Assembly (NCBI GenBank): GCA_965116495.1
Contig: OZ220696.1
Span: 1-64,000 of the forward strand
Source of the DNA: Gammaproteobacteria bacterium
GTDB taxonomy: Bacteria; Pseudomonadota; Gammaproteobacteria; Eutrophobiales; Eutrophobiaceae
Length of the DNA stretch: 64,000 nt
Reading direction: 5' to 3'
In this document: positions 19,538 to 28,582 of the stretch, piece by piece
Layout of the letters: the number at the start of each line of letters is the position of its first letter
How positions within the stretch are numbered: the stretch's first letter is position 1
Notes under the pieces: model-generated
Databases searched by the model: none
The model's input: the letters and a program-made list of their open reading frames with translations, nothing else
What the model was told of the DNA's origin: nothing
Translations under genes and position numbers: made by a program

Positions 19538-20131
19538 CTATCCGATAGAGACCAGTTGTTTGGGTAAAAAGTTGATATTTGATATTTTTCCATCGATGTT
19601 GATGCGAAACCGGAAAGCCGTTTTTTCATCTCCCGCCTTTTTCAGGGTGACCGTGTCGTAATAGACAATTTCCAGGGCAGGGTTGACTTTCACCAGACGC
19701 ACCTGTACATCGACGGGCCTGTCGGTTTCAGTGGCATAATAATGCAGGTTGACGATGTACTCGCCTTTTACGACGCCCCGGATCGTTACTACTTCCTGGT
19801 TGAGGGGATTTTGCAGCTCTTCACCATTAACCACAATCGTATCGTTGATCAATCCCCTGTCATCACGGTCCAGGTGCAGCAGCCCGGCTTCCGGGTTGCG
19901 GAACCAGATCACCCTGCCGTCGGGGTCTTCCACCCAGACGTCAATGTCATCGGGGCTGTCATCTTCCCAGGTAACGGTAAGGATATATTCTGCCTTGGGG
20001 TCGATGATTCCTGACTTGGCCTCGGGGTTCATGAACATGATTGCCACGAGGAACAGAAATGTAAAACCCAGTAGTGCATTGAACAGCAAGTCCGTGAATG
20101 GGTCCGACTGGTAGCGTCTGTAGTTGTTCAC
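19538..20131 (-). CDS. ExbD/MotB-like single-TM protein with a YfaP/DUF2135-like periplasmic domain
   Basis: DPFTDLLFNALLGFTFLFLVAI helix with Asp; TW...DIDVWVEDP...LDRDD pattern. Confidence 0.65.
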   Translation of the reverse strand: MNNYRRYQSDPFTDLLFNALLGFTFLFLVAIMFMNPEAKSGIIDPKAEYILTVTWEDDSPDDIDVWVEDPDGRVIWFRNPEAGLLHLDRDDRGLINDTIVVNGEELQNPLNQEVVTIRGVVKGEYIVNLHYYATETDRPVDVQVRLVKVNPALEIVYYDTVTLKKAGDEKTAFRFRINIDGKISNINFLPKQLVSIG

Positions 20132-20159
20132 GGGAGGACTTCAGCCACACGAAGCTATC

Positions 20160-20183
20160 GGGGACAGATTTAAATCTGTCCCC
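20160..20183. repeat. GGGGACAG-type REP-like palindrome (copy 2)
   Basis: Perfect 24-bp palindrome GGGGACAGATTTAAATCTGTCCCC. Confidence 0.8.
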
Positions 20184-20211
20184 TTTTTCCGCTGTGGCAA
20201 CGTTAAATGGA

Positions 20212-20955
20212 TCATAACCTGGGTAGGATATGGACCTGGGTCAGGTGTTTCGTGCCGTCAACAAGTTCATCGGCAGCCTGGTCCAGTAGATGCAACTGGG
20301 CCGCCGTCAATATACTGCATACGAGTCCGGCAAACGTCGTATACAGGGCTGTGCCCATGCCTGAACTCATCTGTTTCAGAATGTTCTGCATGGTAGTGAC
20401 GTCAAAATCAGTCACGTTCACCACGGAACCGAGCATGAGTACAAAACCGATAATCGTACCCAGCAGGCCCAGTTTGATCATGATATCCGTAAAGAACCAG
20501 CCCAGGTTATGGGGGTTCTTGAGTCTTGCTTCAAAAACTTCGATCAGTTCCTGGTTGTTTGTCTTAACCGGGTTATTGTCAGACTGCACGTCTCCCGGAG
20601 GTGCCGACTTTGACTGGTAAAACAAGTCCAGCAGGTAACGCGTCAACAGGCAGTCGGGGAGTCGTTCTGTGTTATCCATATAGATATCACCGTCCCTGAC
20701 TGAAAGTTCATGGCGCCGGACCAGCGTATTTACCTTCTCGGAGATATTCAGTTCACGGGAGATAAACCAGACCCGGCGGGCACAATAAATTGTGATAATT
20801 ACAAACAGCAAGGTGATGACCCAGGATAATTTACTGTTATCACCCAGGTACAGCAACAGGAGCACCTTCTCGTGCAGGGCTATGAACAGTGCGAAACTGA
20901 TCAGGCTGATCAGCATCAACCACACCAGCAATAAATGATGTTCGCCTTTTTTCAT
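20212..20955 (-). CDS. MotA/TolQ/ExbB proton-channel family protein
   Basis: LGLLGTIIGF...MSSGMGTALYTTFAGL C-terminal TM pair. Confidence 0.88.
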   Translation of the reverse strand: MKKGEHHLLLVWLMLISLISFALFIALHEKVLLLLYLGDNSKLSWVITLLFVIITIYCARRVWFISRELNISEKVNTLVRRHELSVRDGDIYMDNTERLPDCLLTRYLLDLFYQSKSAPPGDVQSDNNPVKTNNQELIEVFEARLKNPHNLGWFFTDIMIKLGLLGTIIGFVLMLGSVVNVTDFDVTTMQNILKQMSSGMGTALYTTFAGLVCSILTAAQLHLLDQAADELVDGTKHLTQVHILPRL

Positions 20956-20957
20956 TG

Positions 20958-21503
20958 TTACTCCCGAATTACTACCCTGGTTCCCAGGGTGATATATTTT
21001 TTCAGTTCGTTTATCTCTTCGTTTCTGACGGCAACACAGCCCTCCGTCCAGTTGTGCGCCTCGTGTATCCGGCTCTTCTCGTCAGTGGTCCAGCCAATTC
21101 CGTGGATGCCGATATATCCACCCAGTCCGGTGTTCTGCGGCGGCAGGCTGTTCCTCTTGTATGCCTGGATAATCTGTTTGAATTCGGCAGCGGAAATGAC
21201 CTCATTCCGGTAGCCGCGCCAGGCGTCGAGCGGGTTAGGATAATTTAATTGTATGAAAAAATGAAATTTACTGTTGGTTTTAAAATTGATCGCGCGATAT
21301 GTACCGATAGGAGTCTTCTTATCTCCTGAGCGTATCTTGTTGCCTTTTCCGCCTCTCCCATGGGATATGTTGTATTTTTTGATGATTTGTTCGTTTTGTT
21401 TGACTTCCAGGATACGTTGGGACTTGCTGATCTCGATAGTATACGGTGCAGCGACTGCTACCTGGCAAAGCGCGTAAAGAAGAATTGGAAATAAGTATTT
21501 CAT
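20958..21503 (-). CDS. L,D-transpeptidase (YkuD) family protein
   Basis: Signal peptide, GDKKTPIGTY, LNYPN, IGIHG...WTEGCVAV catalytic His/Cys. Confidence 0.9.
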   Translation of the reverse strand: MKYLFPILLYALCQVAVAAPYTIEISKSQRILEVKQNEQIIKKYNISHGRGGKGNKIRSGDKKTPIGTYRAINFKTNSKFHFFIQLNYPNPLDAWRGYRNEVISAAEFKQIIQAYKRNSLPPQNTGLGGYIGIHGIGWTTDEKSRIHEAHNWTEGCVAVRNEEINELKKYITLGTRVVIRE

Positions 21504-21591
21504 GGATATCTGGTGTTCCGGTTATTTTTAAGGTTTCGATGAAGGAAATCAACTGGTTCATATCAACCACGATAGGGTATACTGCAAACCC

Positions 21592-23064
21592 ATGGCCCGC
21601 GCGCATAAACGATCTCTCAGTCACTTGTTGCTGGTGCATGAAGTCGCCTTCCTGTTCCTGGTTGCCGTAACCGGCCTGCTCAGCGGCTTGTCAGCGTATT
21701 TCTGGCAGAAAACGTCCACGGAGTCCGTGCGCATCAATAATTCCATTTATCTAAGCGAACAGTTACGCGGAGAGTTATACCGGCAATTACAGGAGGTCCC
21801 GAGAGCGAGGTGGTCGGGTAATGAAAATGCGCTTGAAGTGTATTATGAATATTCAAGACGCATCGGCCGCCATTTCAACCAGTTGCGGCGCGCATCGTTG
21901 ACCCGGGATGAAGATGAGGTAATCCAGGGATTACAACTGGCTTACCGCAAGATCCAGATAGACATTTATAAAATCTTTGACAATCCTGAAACCCCGGATC
22001 GGGGCGCGAGACCGGACATTCTGGATTTGCGCAATGCCCAGGCGATGTTCAATGAATTCGAGGAGAATTACCTGGACTTGAAGGCGTTGTATACACAACA
22101 ATTGCGGGAACTGGAACAAACCATTGAGCTGTGGACCAGCTACGCCCCGGTCCTCATTCCCATCGTGTTCCTGGTGGCCGTCATCATTGTCATATTTACC
22201 AGCCGGATTATCCGCAACAGCTTCGTCCGGCCTATGGCAACGATCATGGCCGGCGCTACGGAAATCAGCCGCGGCGGCCTCAACCATAAGATTCCGGAGC
22301 AGGGTGTGAATGAGGTCGCGGAACTGGCCGGTTCGATCAATCGCATGGCGAGTGAACTGAAAACCAGCCGGGACGCTCTGGTCGAGCACGAGAGACAGGC
22401 CGCCCTGGGCAGCCTGGTCCCCGTTGTTGCGCATAACATCCGCAATCCCCTGGCCAGTATCAGGGCTACCGCACAGGTACTGGACGATGTCGAAAACGAG
22501 GAAGAGTTGCGGGAAGGCAAACAAGCCATCGTCGACACCATAGACCGCCTGGGGCGCTGGGTAAATGCGCTGGTGTCTTACCTGCATCCGCTGAAACCGG
22601 TGTTTGCAGACATCAGTATCGTTTCCCTGCTGGATGCCGCCCTGGAGTTGTTACAGGGGAAACTCGCCGAGAAAGAGATGGTCGTCAGACGGGATTACCA
22701 GGATCTGTCAACCACCCTCAAGGTTGATCCCGACCTGATGGAGCAGGCAATTTACGGACTGATGGCTAATGCGATCGAGGCGTCGCCGGATGGGGCTGAA
22801 CTGCTCATCAGCGCGGCCGAGGATGAGAATAGCATCACCATCGGTATCCGGGACTACGGTCCGGGCCTGCCGTTCCGCCCCGAACCGGGCAACCTGGAAC
22901 CCGGCCCGTCCACCAAGCGTTTCGGCACCGGGCTGGGAATACCTATTGCGTATAAAATCTGCCAGAGTCACGGCTGGAACCTGGTTTTTGAAGTAATGGA
23001 AAATGCGGGCACCCTGGTTAAAATTACTGCCCCTCGTGAGTCAATTCCTAATTCAATAATGTGA
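21592..23064 (+). CDS. Membrane sensor histidine kinase (2 TM, HAMP)
   Basis: VAHNIRNPL H-box, NAIEA N-box, DYGPG, STKRFGTGLG. Confidence 0.95.
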   Translation: MARAHKRSLSHLLLVHEVAFLFLVAVTGLLSGLSAYFWQKTSTESVRINNSIYLSEQLRGELYRQLQEVPRARWSGNENALEVYYEYSRRIGRHFNQLRRASLTRDEDEVIQGLQLAYRKIQIDIYKIFDNPETPDRGARPDILDLRNAQAMFNEFEENYLDLKALYTQQLRELEQTIELWTSYAPVLIPIVFLVAVIIVIFTSRIIRNSFVRPMATIMAGATEISRGGLNHKIPEQGVNEVAELAGSINRMASELKTSRDALVEHERQAALGSLVPVVAHNIRNPLASIRATAQVLDDVENEEELREGKQAIVDTIDRLGRWVNALVSYLHPLKPVFADISIVSLLDAALELLQGKLAEKEMVVRRDYQDLSTTLKVDPDLMEQAIYGLMANAIEASPDGAELLISAAEDENSITIGIRDYGPGLPFRPEPGNLEPGPSTKRFGTGLGIPIAYKICQSHGWNLVFEVMENAGTLVKITAPRESIPNSIM

Positions 23065-23085
23065 CATCGGCGTATAATAGCCCGT

Positions 23086-24486
23086 ATGATAATGCACAGC
23101 AGTCCACTGGTCACCGAAACCGAGGTGCCCATACTTGAAAAGCACATATTGATCATCGAAGATGAGTCCGTGTTTGCCGCGGCGGTGCGTAAGAGACTGA
23201 GGCGCAGCGGGTATAACGCCGAGATTGCCGGTACGCTCGCCGAAGGCGCATCCAGGATCAATGAGAAAACGCCTGACCTGTTGCTGCTGGACATGCGCCT
23301 GCCCGACGGCTCGGGCCTGGACTTTCTGGCCAGACTGCAGAATGACAACAATACATTCCCGGTGCTGGTAATGTCCGCCTACGGTGAGATTGAAGATGCG
23401 GTTTCGGCAATGAAATCAGGCGCGTCGGACTACCTGAAAAAGCCTATCGACCTTGATGAGTTAATGATCAACGTTGAAAAAGTGCTGGAAAAGGATGAAC
23501 TGTCACAAAAGCTGACCTATTCCAGCAAGCGCGAACAACATGCCCATGAAGGCGCGGAGTTTCTGGGTAACAGTCCCGCCATCGCCGCCATCAGGCAGCA
23601 GATTCTACGCCTGCAACAACTGACCGGCGCCAGTATCCCTCCTACCATACTGATACTGGGAGAAACCGGCACCGGCAAGGACGTAGTAGCCCGGATGCTG
23701 CATGCAAACAGCGCCCGCAGGGACAGACCTTTCGTACACGTTGATTGCGCCAGCCTGCCCAAGGATTTGATCGAGGCCGAGTTGTTCGGTCATGAAAAAG
23801 GCGCGTTCACCAGTGCCCATGCTGCCCGGACGGGCCTGATCGAAGCTGCGGAAGACGGAGTGCTGTTCATGGATGAAATCGGTGAATTGCCAATGGATTT
23901 ACAGGCAAAATTACTTGCTGTCCTGGAACGCAGGACCCTGAGGAAAGTCGGCACCACAAAGGAACGATCCGTGGCAGCCTGGATTATAGCCGCCACTAAC
24001 CGCGACATAGCGGAACTGGTGACACAGGGTGAATTCCGTTCCGATTTGTATTACCGGCTGAATGTGCTGTCGATACCGATCGCGCCATTGCGGGAGCGGG
24101 GTGACGACATATTGCTGCTGGCCGTACATTTCATACGGCAAAGCGCCAAACGCTACGGTATAGAATCCGTTACTCTCTCGGCGCAGGCTGAACAGGCTCT
24201 CAGGTCGTATCACTGGCCGGGTAACATACGCGAGTTGAAGCACATGATTGAAAGGGCCGTATTACTGTCCGGCGAGGGCGAATTATCGCCGGAGAGTCTG
24301 TCCCTGACCGGTCCCGGGCCGGCAGAAGCCCCGATCAACCCTGATTTAACCCTGGATAATGCAGAACTGATGCTAATCAGGAACGCCCTGGAAAAGTGCA
24401 GCGGCAATGTTTCGAAAGCAGCCCGGGAACTGGGCATCACCCGCATGGCGCTGCGTTACCGCATAAAAAAACATAACCTTGAGTAA
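23086..24486 (+). CDS. NtrC-family response regulator (REC-AAA+-Fis HTH)
   Basis: IIEDE, LLLDMRLPD, GETGTGKD, ELFGHEKGAFTSA, WPGNIRELK, C-terminal HTH. Confidence 0.96.
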   Translation: MIMHSSPLVTETEVPILEKHILIIEDESVFAAAVRKRLRRSGYNAEIAGTLAEGASRINEKTPDLLLLDMRLPDGSGLDFLARLQNDNNTFPVLVMSAYGEIEDAVSAMKSGASDYLKKPIDLDELMINVEKVLEKDELSQKLTYSSKREQHAHEGAEFLGNSPAIAAIRQQILRLQQLTGASIPPTILILGETGTGKDVVARMLHANSARRDRPFVHVDCASLPKDLIEAELFGHEKGAFTSAHAARTGLIEAAEDGVLFMDEIGELPMDLQAKLLAVLERRTLRKVGTTKERSVAAWIIAATNRDIAELVTQGEFRSDLYYRLNVLSIPIAPLRERGDDILLLAVHFIRQSAKRYGIESVTLSAQAEQALRSYHWPGNIRELKHMIERAVLLSGEGELSPESLSLTGPGPAEAPINPDLTLDNAELMLIRNALEKCSGNVSKAARELGITRMALRYRIKKHNLE

Positions 24487-24498
24487 CAGGAGATAACT

Positions 24499-24801
24499 AT
24501 GAACGACGACACAAAACAGGCAGTCGAGGCAGCCACGTTTCGGCATCTTGTCGATTACCTGCGGCAACATACGGATGTGCAGAACATAGACCTGATGAAC
24601 CTGGCCGGTTTTTGCCGTAACTGCCTGTCCAAATGGTACCGCGCAGCCGCCGGGGAACGGGGTGTGGAACTGGACTATGAGCAGGCCCGGGAAATCATCT
24701 ACGGAATGCCCTACGGGGAATGGAAAGATAAACACCAGCAAGAGGCAAGCAAGGAGCAGAAAGATGCCTACGCCGCCCGCCAGGCGGCACAGAATGAGTA
24801 G
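24499..24801 (+). CDS. DUF1244-family protein
   Basis: DVQNIDLMNLAGFCRNCLSKWY...YGMPY.EWK..HQ. Confidence 0.9.
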   Translation: MNDDTKQAVEAATFRHLVDYLRQHTDVQNIDLMNLAGFCRNCLSKWYRAAAGERGVELDYEQAREIIYGMPYGEWKDKHQQEASKEQKDAYAARQAAQNE

Positions 24802-24828
24802 CGGGAGAAGGCCTGAAACCTGTATTTG

Positions 24829-25329
24829 CTACTTCGGATGCTGTTCCCTCAGTTCCTCTACGGATTCCTTGATCTTTGCCAGCATCCCTGTGAACATGTC
24901 GCTGTCATCCAGGGACAGGTCGTTAAACAACTTGTCCAGCAACTCTTCATATTCAAGTTCCATTTCCTTGTATGCTTCTCTCCCTTTGTCGGTCAGGGTG
25001 ACCACAAAGGAGCGGCGGTCCGTAGGGGTGGGCTCACGTACGACAAAACCGTCTTCCGATAATCTTTCCGCAATCCCGGTCACATTCCCTTTGGATACCA
25101 TCAGCCAGCGCGACAGTTCACCCATGGTCAGGCCATCCGGGACCCGGTCCAGGGCTGACAATAACTCAAAGCGGGGCAGGGTCATATCGAACTTTTCCCG
25201 CAGCATGGTCCGAATCTCCTGTTCGACCATCTGTGTGCACGATACAATCCTCAACCATAACCTTAACCCCTCTTTTTCATGAGGGATGTGTTCCAGTCTT
25301 TGTTCGACGATGTGTAAATGATTAGCCAT
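24829..25329 (-). CDS. MarR-family transcriptional regulator
   Basis: LRLWLR...TLPRFELL...GLTMGELSRWLMVSKGNVTG...DRRS.V.LT.KG. Confidence 0.93.
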   Translation of the reverse strand: MANHLHIVEQRLEHIPHEKEGLRLWLRIVSCTQMVEQEIRTMLREKFDMTLPRFELLSALDRVPDGLTMGELSRWLMVSKGNVTGIAERLSEDGFVVREPTPTDRRSFVVTLTDKGREAYKEMELEYEELLDKLFNDLSLDDSDMFTGMLAKIKESVEELREQHPK

Positions 25330-26346
25330 AACAACACATTATATCAGTTTCTCTACCTGGCAGGCATGATATTGCTGCTTCATTCCGCTCTGACTCCCGT
25401 TCTTGCCGGGACGCTGGAAGAGGTCAGGGAAAGGGGCAAATTACGTTGCGGCATTGTTGAAAGCAGCCCGGGTTTCAGCAGTATAGATGATTCCGGGCGG
25501 AGAATCGGCTTCGACATCGACCATTGCAAGACCATATCGGCTGCCGTATTCGGTGAGATCAGGATCGAATATGTCCCGGTAACACCTCACACTGTTTTTA
25601 CACTGTTGCAGTCAGGCGGTATTGATATTTTTCCCGATGGCGCCACCTGGTCCTTCGTGCGGGATGTATCGCTGGGCCTTGACTATACTGGGGTCTACCT
25701 GTACGCCGGGCAGGGGTTTGTGGTGCGCAAGGACACAGGGGTGGAATCGGTGAGAGACCTGGACGGTGCGACCATCTGTATCGCCCAGGGCACGACCCTG
25801 GAGCAGAACATCGCCGACTACTTTGCCGGTAACGGAATGGCTTATACTCCGGTCACCTTTGCGGACATAGACAAGGGATTGCAGGCCTATTATGCCAATC
25901 GTTGTGACACATTCACCAATGAGCGCCTTTCTACAGCAGGCCGTATCGCCAACTGGCCGGATCGTGACGATCACCTGATCCTGGACGAGGTTATCTCGAA
26001 AGAACCCTTCGCCGCACTGGTGCGCCAGGACGACCCGCGCTGGCGTGATATCGCTCTCTGGTCTTTCAATGTTCGCTTTGCCGCCGAGGAATTGGGCATC
26101 AGCCAGGACAATGTCGATGCCGTCCGGAAAAATTCGCAGAATGCCGAAATTCAGCGCTTGCTGGGGTTACACGGCGGGTTTGGAGAGAAACTCGGACTGT
26201 CCAATGATTGGGCTTACCACATCATCAAACTTGTGGGGAACTACAATGATCTGTGGGAAAGAAACTTTACCCCGCTGGGTCTGAAGAGGGGATTAAATGC
26301 AAGCTGGAAGGACGGGGGTCTGCATTCGGCGCTGCCGTTCAGGTGA
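25318..26346 (+). CDS. AapJ/BztA-like amino-acid ABC substrate-binding protein (copy 1; start may be 25366)
   Basis: RGKLRCG, GFDIDHC, GTTLEQN, ISKEP, VGNY, RGLNA.W..GGL..PFR. Confidence 0.9.
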   Translation: MISHNNTLYQFLYLAGMILLLHSALTPVLAGTLEEVRERGKLRCGIVESSPGFSSIDDSGRRIGFDIDHCKTISAAVFGEIRIEYVPVTPHTVFTLLQSGGIDIFPDGATWSFVRDVSLGLDYTGVYLYAGQGFVVRKDTGVESVRDLDGATICIAQGTTLEQNIADYFAGNGMAYTPVTFADIDKGLQAYYANRCDTFTNERLSTAGRIANWPDRDDHLILDEVISKEPFAALVRQDDPRWRDIALWSFNVRFAAEELGISQDNVDAVRKNSQNAEIQRLLGLHGGFGEKLGLSNDWAYHIIKLVGNYNDLWERNFTPLGLKRGLNASWKDGGLHSALPFR

Positions 26347-26378
26347 CAGGCAGCAGATGACACAGGACAGGGGATGCA

Positions 26379-27530
26379 ATGGTTAAACAGGATATTGTTT
26401 ATCAGGTCGTTCTGCTGGCCGTCATTGCTGCTGTCGTCTACCTGATCGCGGCGACAACGCAGGAAAACCTTACCCGCCTCGGGGTGGATTCCGGCATCGA
26501 TTTCCTGTGGAAGCGGGCCGGGTTCGAGATCGGGCAGAAACTGATCCCTTACGATGCCAATTCCACTATTGCGCACGCGTTTGTCGTTGCCCTGCTCAAT
26601 ACCTTGCTGCTGGCCGCGGTTTCGATTGTCTGCGCCAGTATCCTGGGGATGGTCATCGGCCTGGCCCGCCTTTCCGACAACTGGTTGGTATCCCGTCTGG
26701 CCACTGCCTATATCGAAACATTCCGCAATATTCCCTCCCTGGTACAGATATTCTTCTGGTATTTTGTCGTGCTGCGCACCCTGCCGCGCAGCGATGAGAG
26801 TATTGAGTTCTTCAATTGCATCTTTCTCAATAATCGCGGGCTGTTCGTGCCCGCGGTCAGCTTCGGGCAAGGCTGGGTCTGGATAGCGGCGGTATTACTC
26901 TTTGCCTGGGCCATGGTGTATTTGCTGCGCAGACAGGAACGGCAGCGGGCCATTGTCCCCGATCGGGTTCAACCTGGAGCCCGCAAGACCAACCTGTTGA
27001 CGTCATGGAACCTGTTGATCCTGGCTGCCATTGCCGGCGTTTTCGTGTTGCTTGCCGGCGCGCAGGTGGAGATTCCCCGGGAGACCCGTTTCGGCTACCG
27101 CGGCGGCATTGTCATGATGCCGGAATTCCTGTCCCTGGTGGTGGGCTTGTCCATGTATAACGCGACCTATATCGGCGAGATCGTCCGTTCGGGATTTGTC
27201 TCCATCCCGCGCGGGCAGACTGAGGCCGCCGCTTCACTGGGGCTGTCCCGTTATCACACCATCAGGCTGGTCCTGTTCCCCCAGGCACTGCGCGTCATTA
27301 TCCCGCCGCTGACCACGGTTTACCTGAACCTGTTCAAGAGCACGTCGCTGGCCGCGGCCATTGCCTATCCCGAGGTGGTGTCTGTGTTTGTAGGAACGGT
27401 CAACAACCTGGTGGGGCAACCGGTGTATATCATGGCGATTACCATGACGGTTTACGTGTTTATCTCCCTGTGCATTTCCCTGTTCCTGAACTGGTACAAC
27501 AGGAAGATCGCCCTGACGGTGGTGTCATGA
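26379..27530 (+). CDS. AapQ-like ABC permease
   Basis: AGFEIGQKLIPY, YIETFRNIP, EIVRSG..SIPRGQTEAA.SLG. Confidence 0.92.
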   Translation: MVKQDIVYQVVLLAVIAAVVYLIAATTQENLTRLGVDSGIDFLWKRAGFEIGQKLIPYDANSTIAHAFVVALLNTLLLAAVSIVCASILGMVIGLARLSDNWLVSRLATAYIETFRNIPSLVQIFFWYFVVLRTLPRSDESIEFFNCIFLNNRGLFVPAVSFGQGWVWIAAVLLFAWAMVYLLRRQERQRAIVPDRVQPGARKTNLLTSWNLLILAAIAGVFVLLAGAQVEIPRETRFGYRGGIVMMPEFLSLVVGLSMYNATYIGEIVRSGFVSIPRGQTEAAASLGLSRYHTIRLVLFPQALRVIIPPLTTVYLNLFKSTSLAAAIAYPEVVSVFVGTVNNLVGQPVYIMAITMTVYVFISLCISLFLNWYNRKIALTVVS

Positions 27531-28582
27531 GCATGAACTGGTTGCGGAATAACCTGTTTTCATCGCCGCTGAATGGCGTACTGACCCTGGCCTGCGTGTG
27601 CCTGGTTGTCACGATTGGCGTCCCCCTGGTGAACTGGCTGTTTATTGACGCCTACTGGTCCGGGACCACGCCGGCGGACTGTCCCGACAAGACCGCGGCC
27701 TGCTGGCCGTTTATCCGGGTGCGGTTTGACCAGTTCATGTACGGCCTGTATCCGGAGGCGGAACGCTGGCGCATCAACCTCGGTCTGGGTCTGATCATCC
27801 TGTCGGCCTTGCCGTTGCTTATTCCCCGGCTCCCCGGTAAACGCTGGTTGATCCCGGTTTTGATTGTTGCCTACCCCTTGATAGGCGTGGGACTGTTCCT
27901 GGGTGGGAATTTCGGCCTGGCATATGTCGAGACCGGCAAATGGGGCGGCTTTTTTCTCACCGTGATCACGGCCCTGTTCGTGCTGTCCACTTCCCTGCCG
28001 ATAGCCGTGTTGCTTGCCCTGGGCAGATGTTCCGCCATCCCCCTGGTACGGGTCTGTTGTGCAACCTGGATTGAGTTATGGCGCAGCGTGCCGGCGCTGG
28101 TAGTCCTGTTTGTGGCGATAATCATGTTCCCCCTGTTCATGCCGGAAGGTCTGAAAATAGACAAACTGCTGCGTGCGCTCGGCGCGCTGACCATATTGAT
28201 GTCCTGTTACATGGCCGAGGCGATACGCGGCGCACTGCAGTCCATCCCTAAAGGGCAGTTTGAGGCTGCAGAAGCGCTGGGGCTGGGATATTGGCGGCGT
28301 ACCTTCCTGGTAATCCTGCCCCAGGCCTTTCCCGTGGCGCTGCCGCAGATCACGAGCAACTTCATCGGTTTGTTTAAGGAAACTACCGTTTTGTTGATCA
28401 TCGGCCTGTTTGACCTCTTGGGAATGGTGCAGAATGCCGCTTCCGACCCTGCCTGGTTAAGTCCGGGTGTCAGCGCCACGGGTTACCTGTTTGTGGCCTT
28501 GTTTTTCTGGCTGTTCTGCTTCAGTCTGTCGAGGTACAGCGCCTGGCTCGAAAAGAGGTCATTACTCTACAAAACTCAATGA
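27527..28582 (+). CDS. AapM-like ABC permease
   Basis: WLRNNLFSS, ACWPFI, GLYP...RWR, YMAEAIRGALQSIPKGQFEAA; ATGA overlap with the upstream gene. Confidence 0.92.
   Translation: MSMNWLRNNLFSSPLNGVLTLACVCLVVTIGVPLVNWLFIDAYWSGTTPADCPDKTAACWPFIRVRFDQFMYGLYPEAERWRINLGLGLIILSALPLLIPRLPGKRWLIPVLIVAYPLIGVGLFLGGNFGLAYVETGKWGGFFLTVITALFVLSTSLPIAVLLALGRCSAIPLVRVCCATWIELWRSVPALVVLFVAIIMFPLFMPEGLKIDKLLRALGALTILMSCYMAEAIRGALQSIPKGQFEAAEALGLGYWRRTFLVILPQAFPVALPQITSNFIGLFKETTVLLIIGLFDLLGMVQNAASDPAWLSPGVSATGYLFVALFFWLFCFSLSRYSAWLEKRSLLYKTQ

Noticed and set aside
18984-20955. Zorya or flagellar stator assignment
   Set aside because: No long ZorA tail, no OmpA-like domain, and no zorC/D/E or flagellar genes
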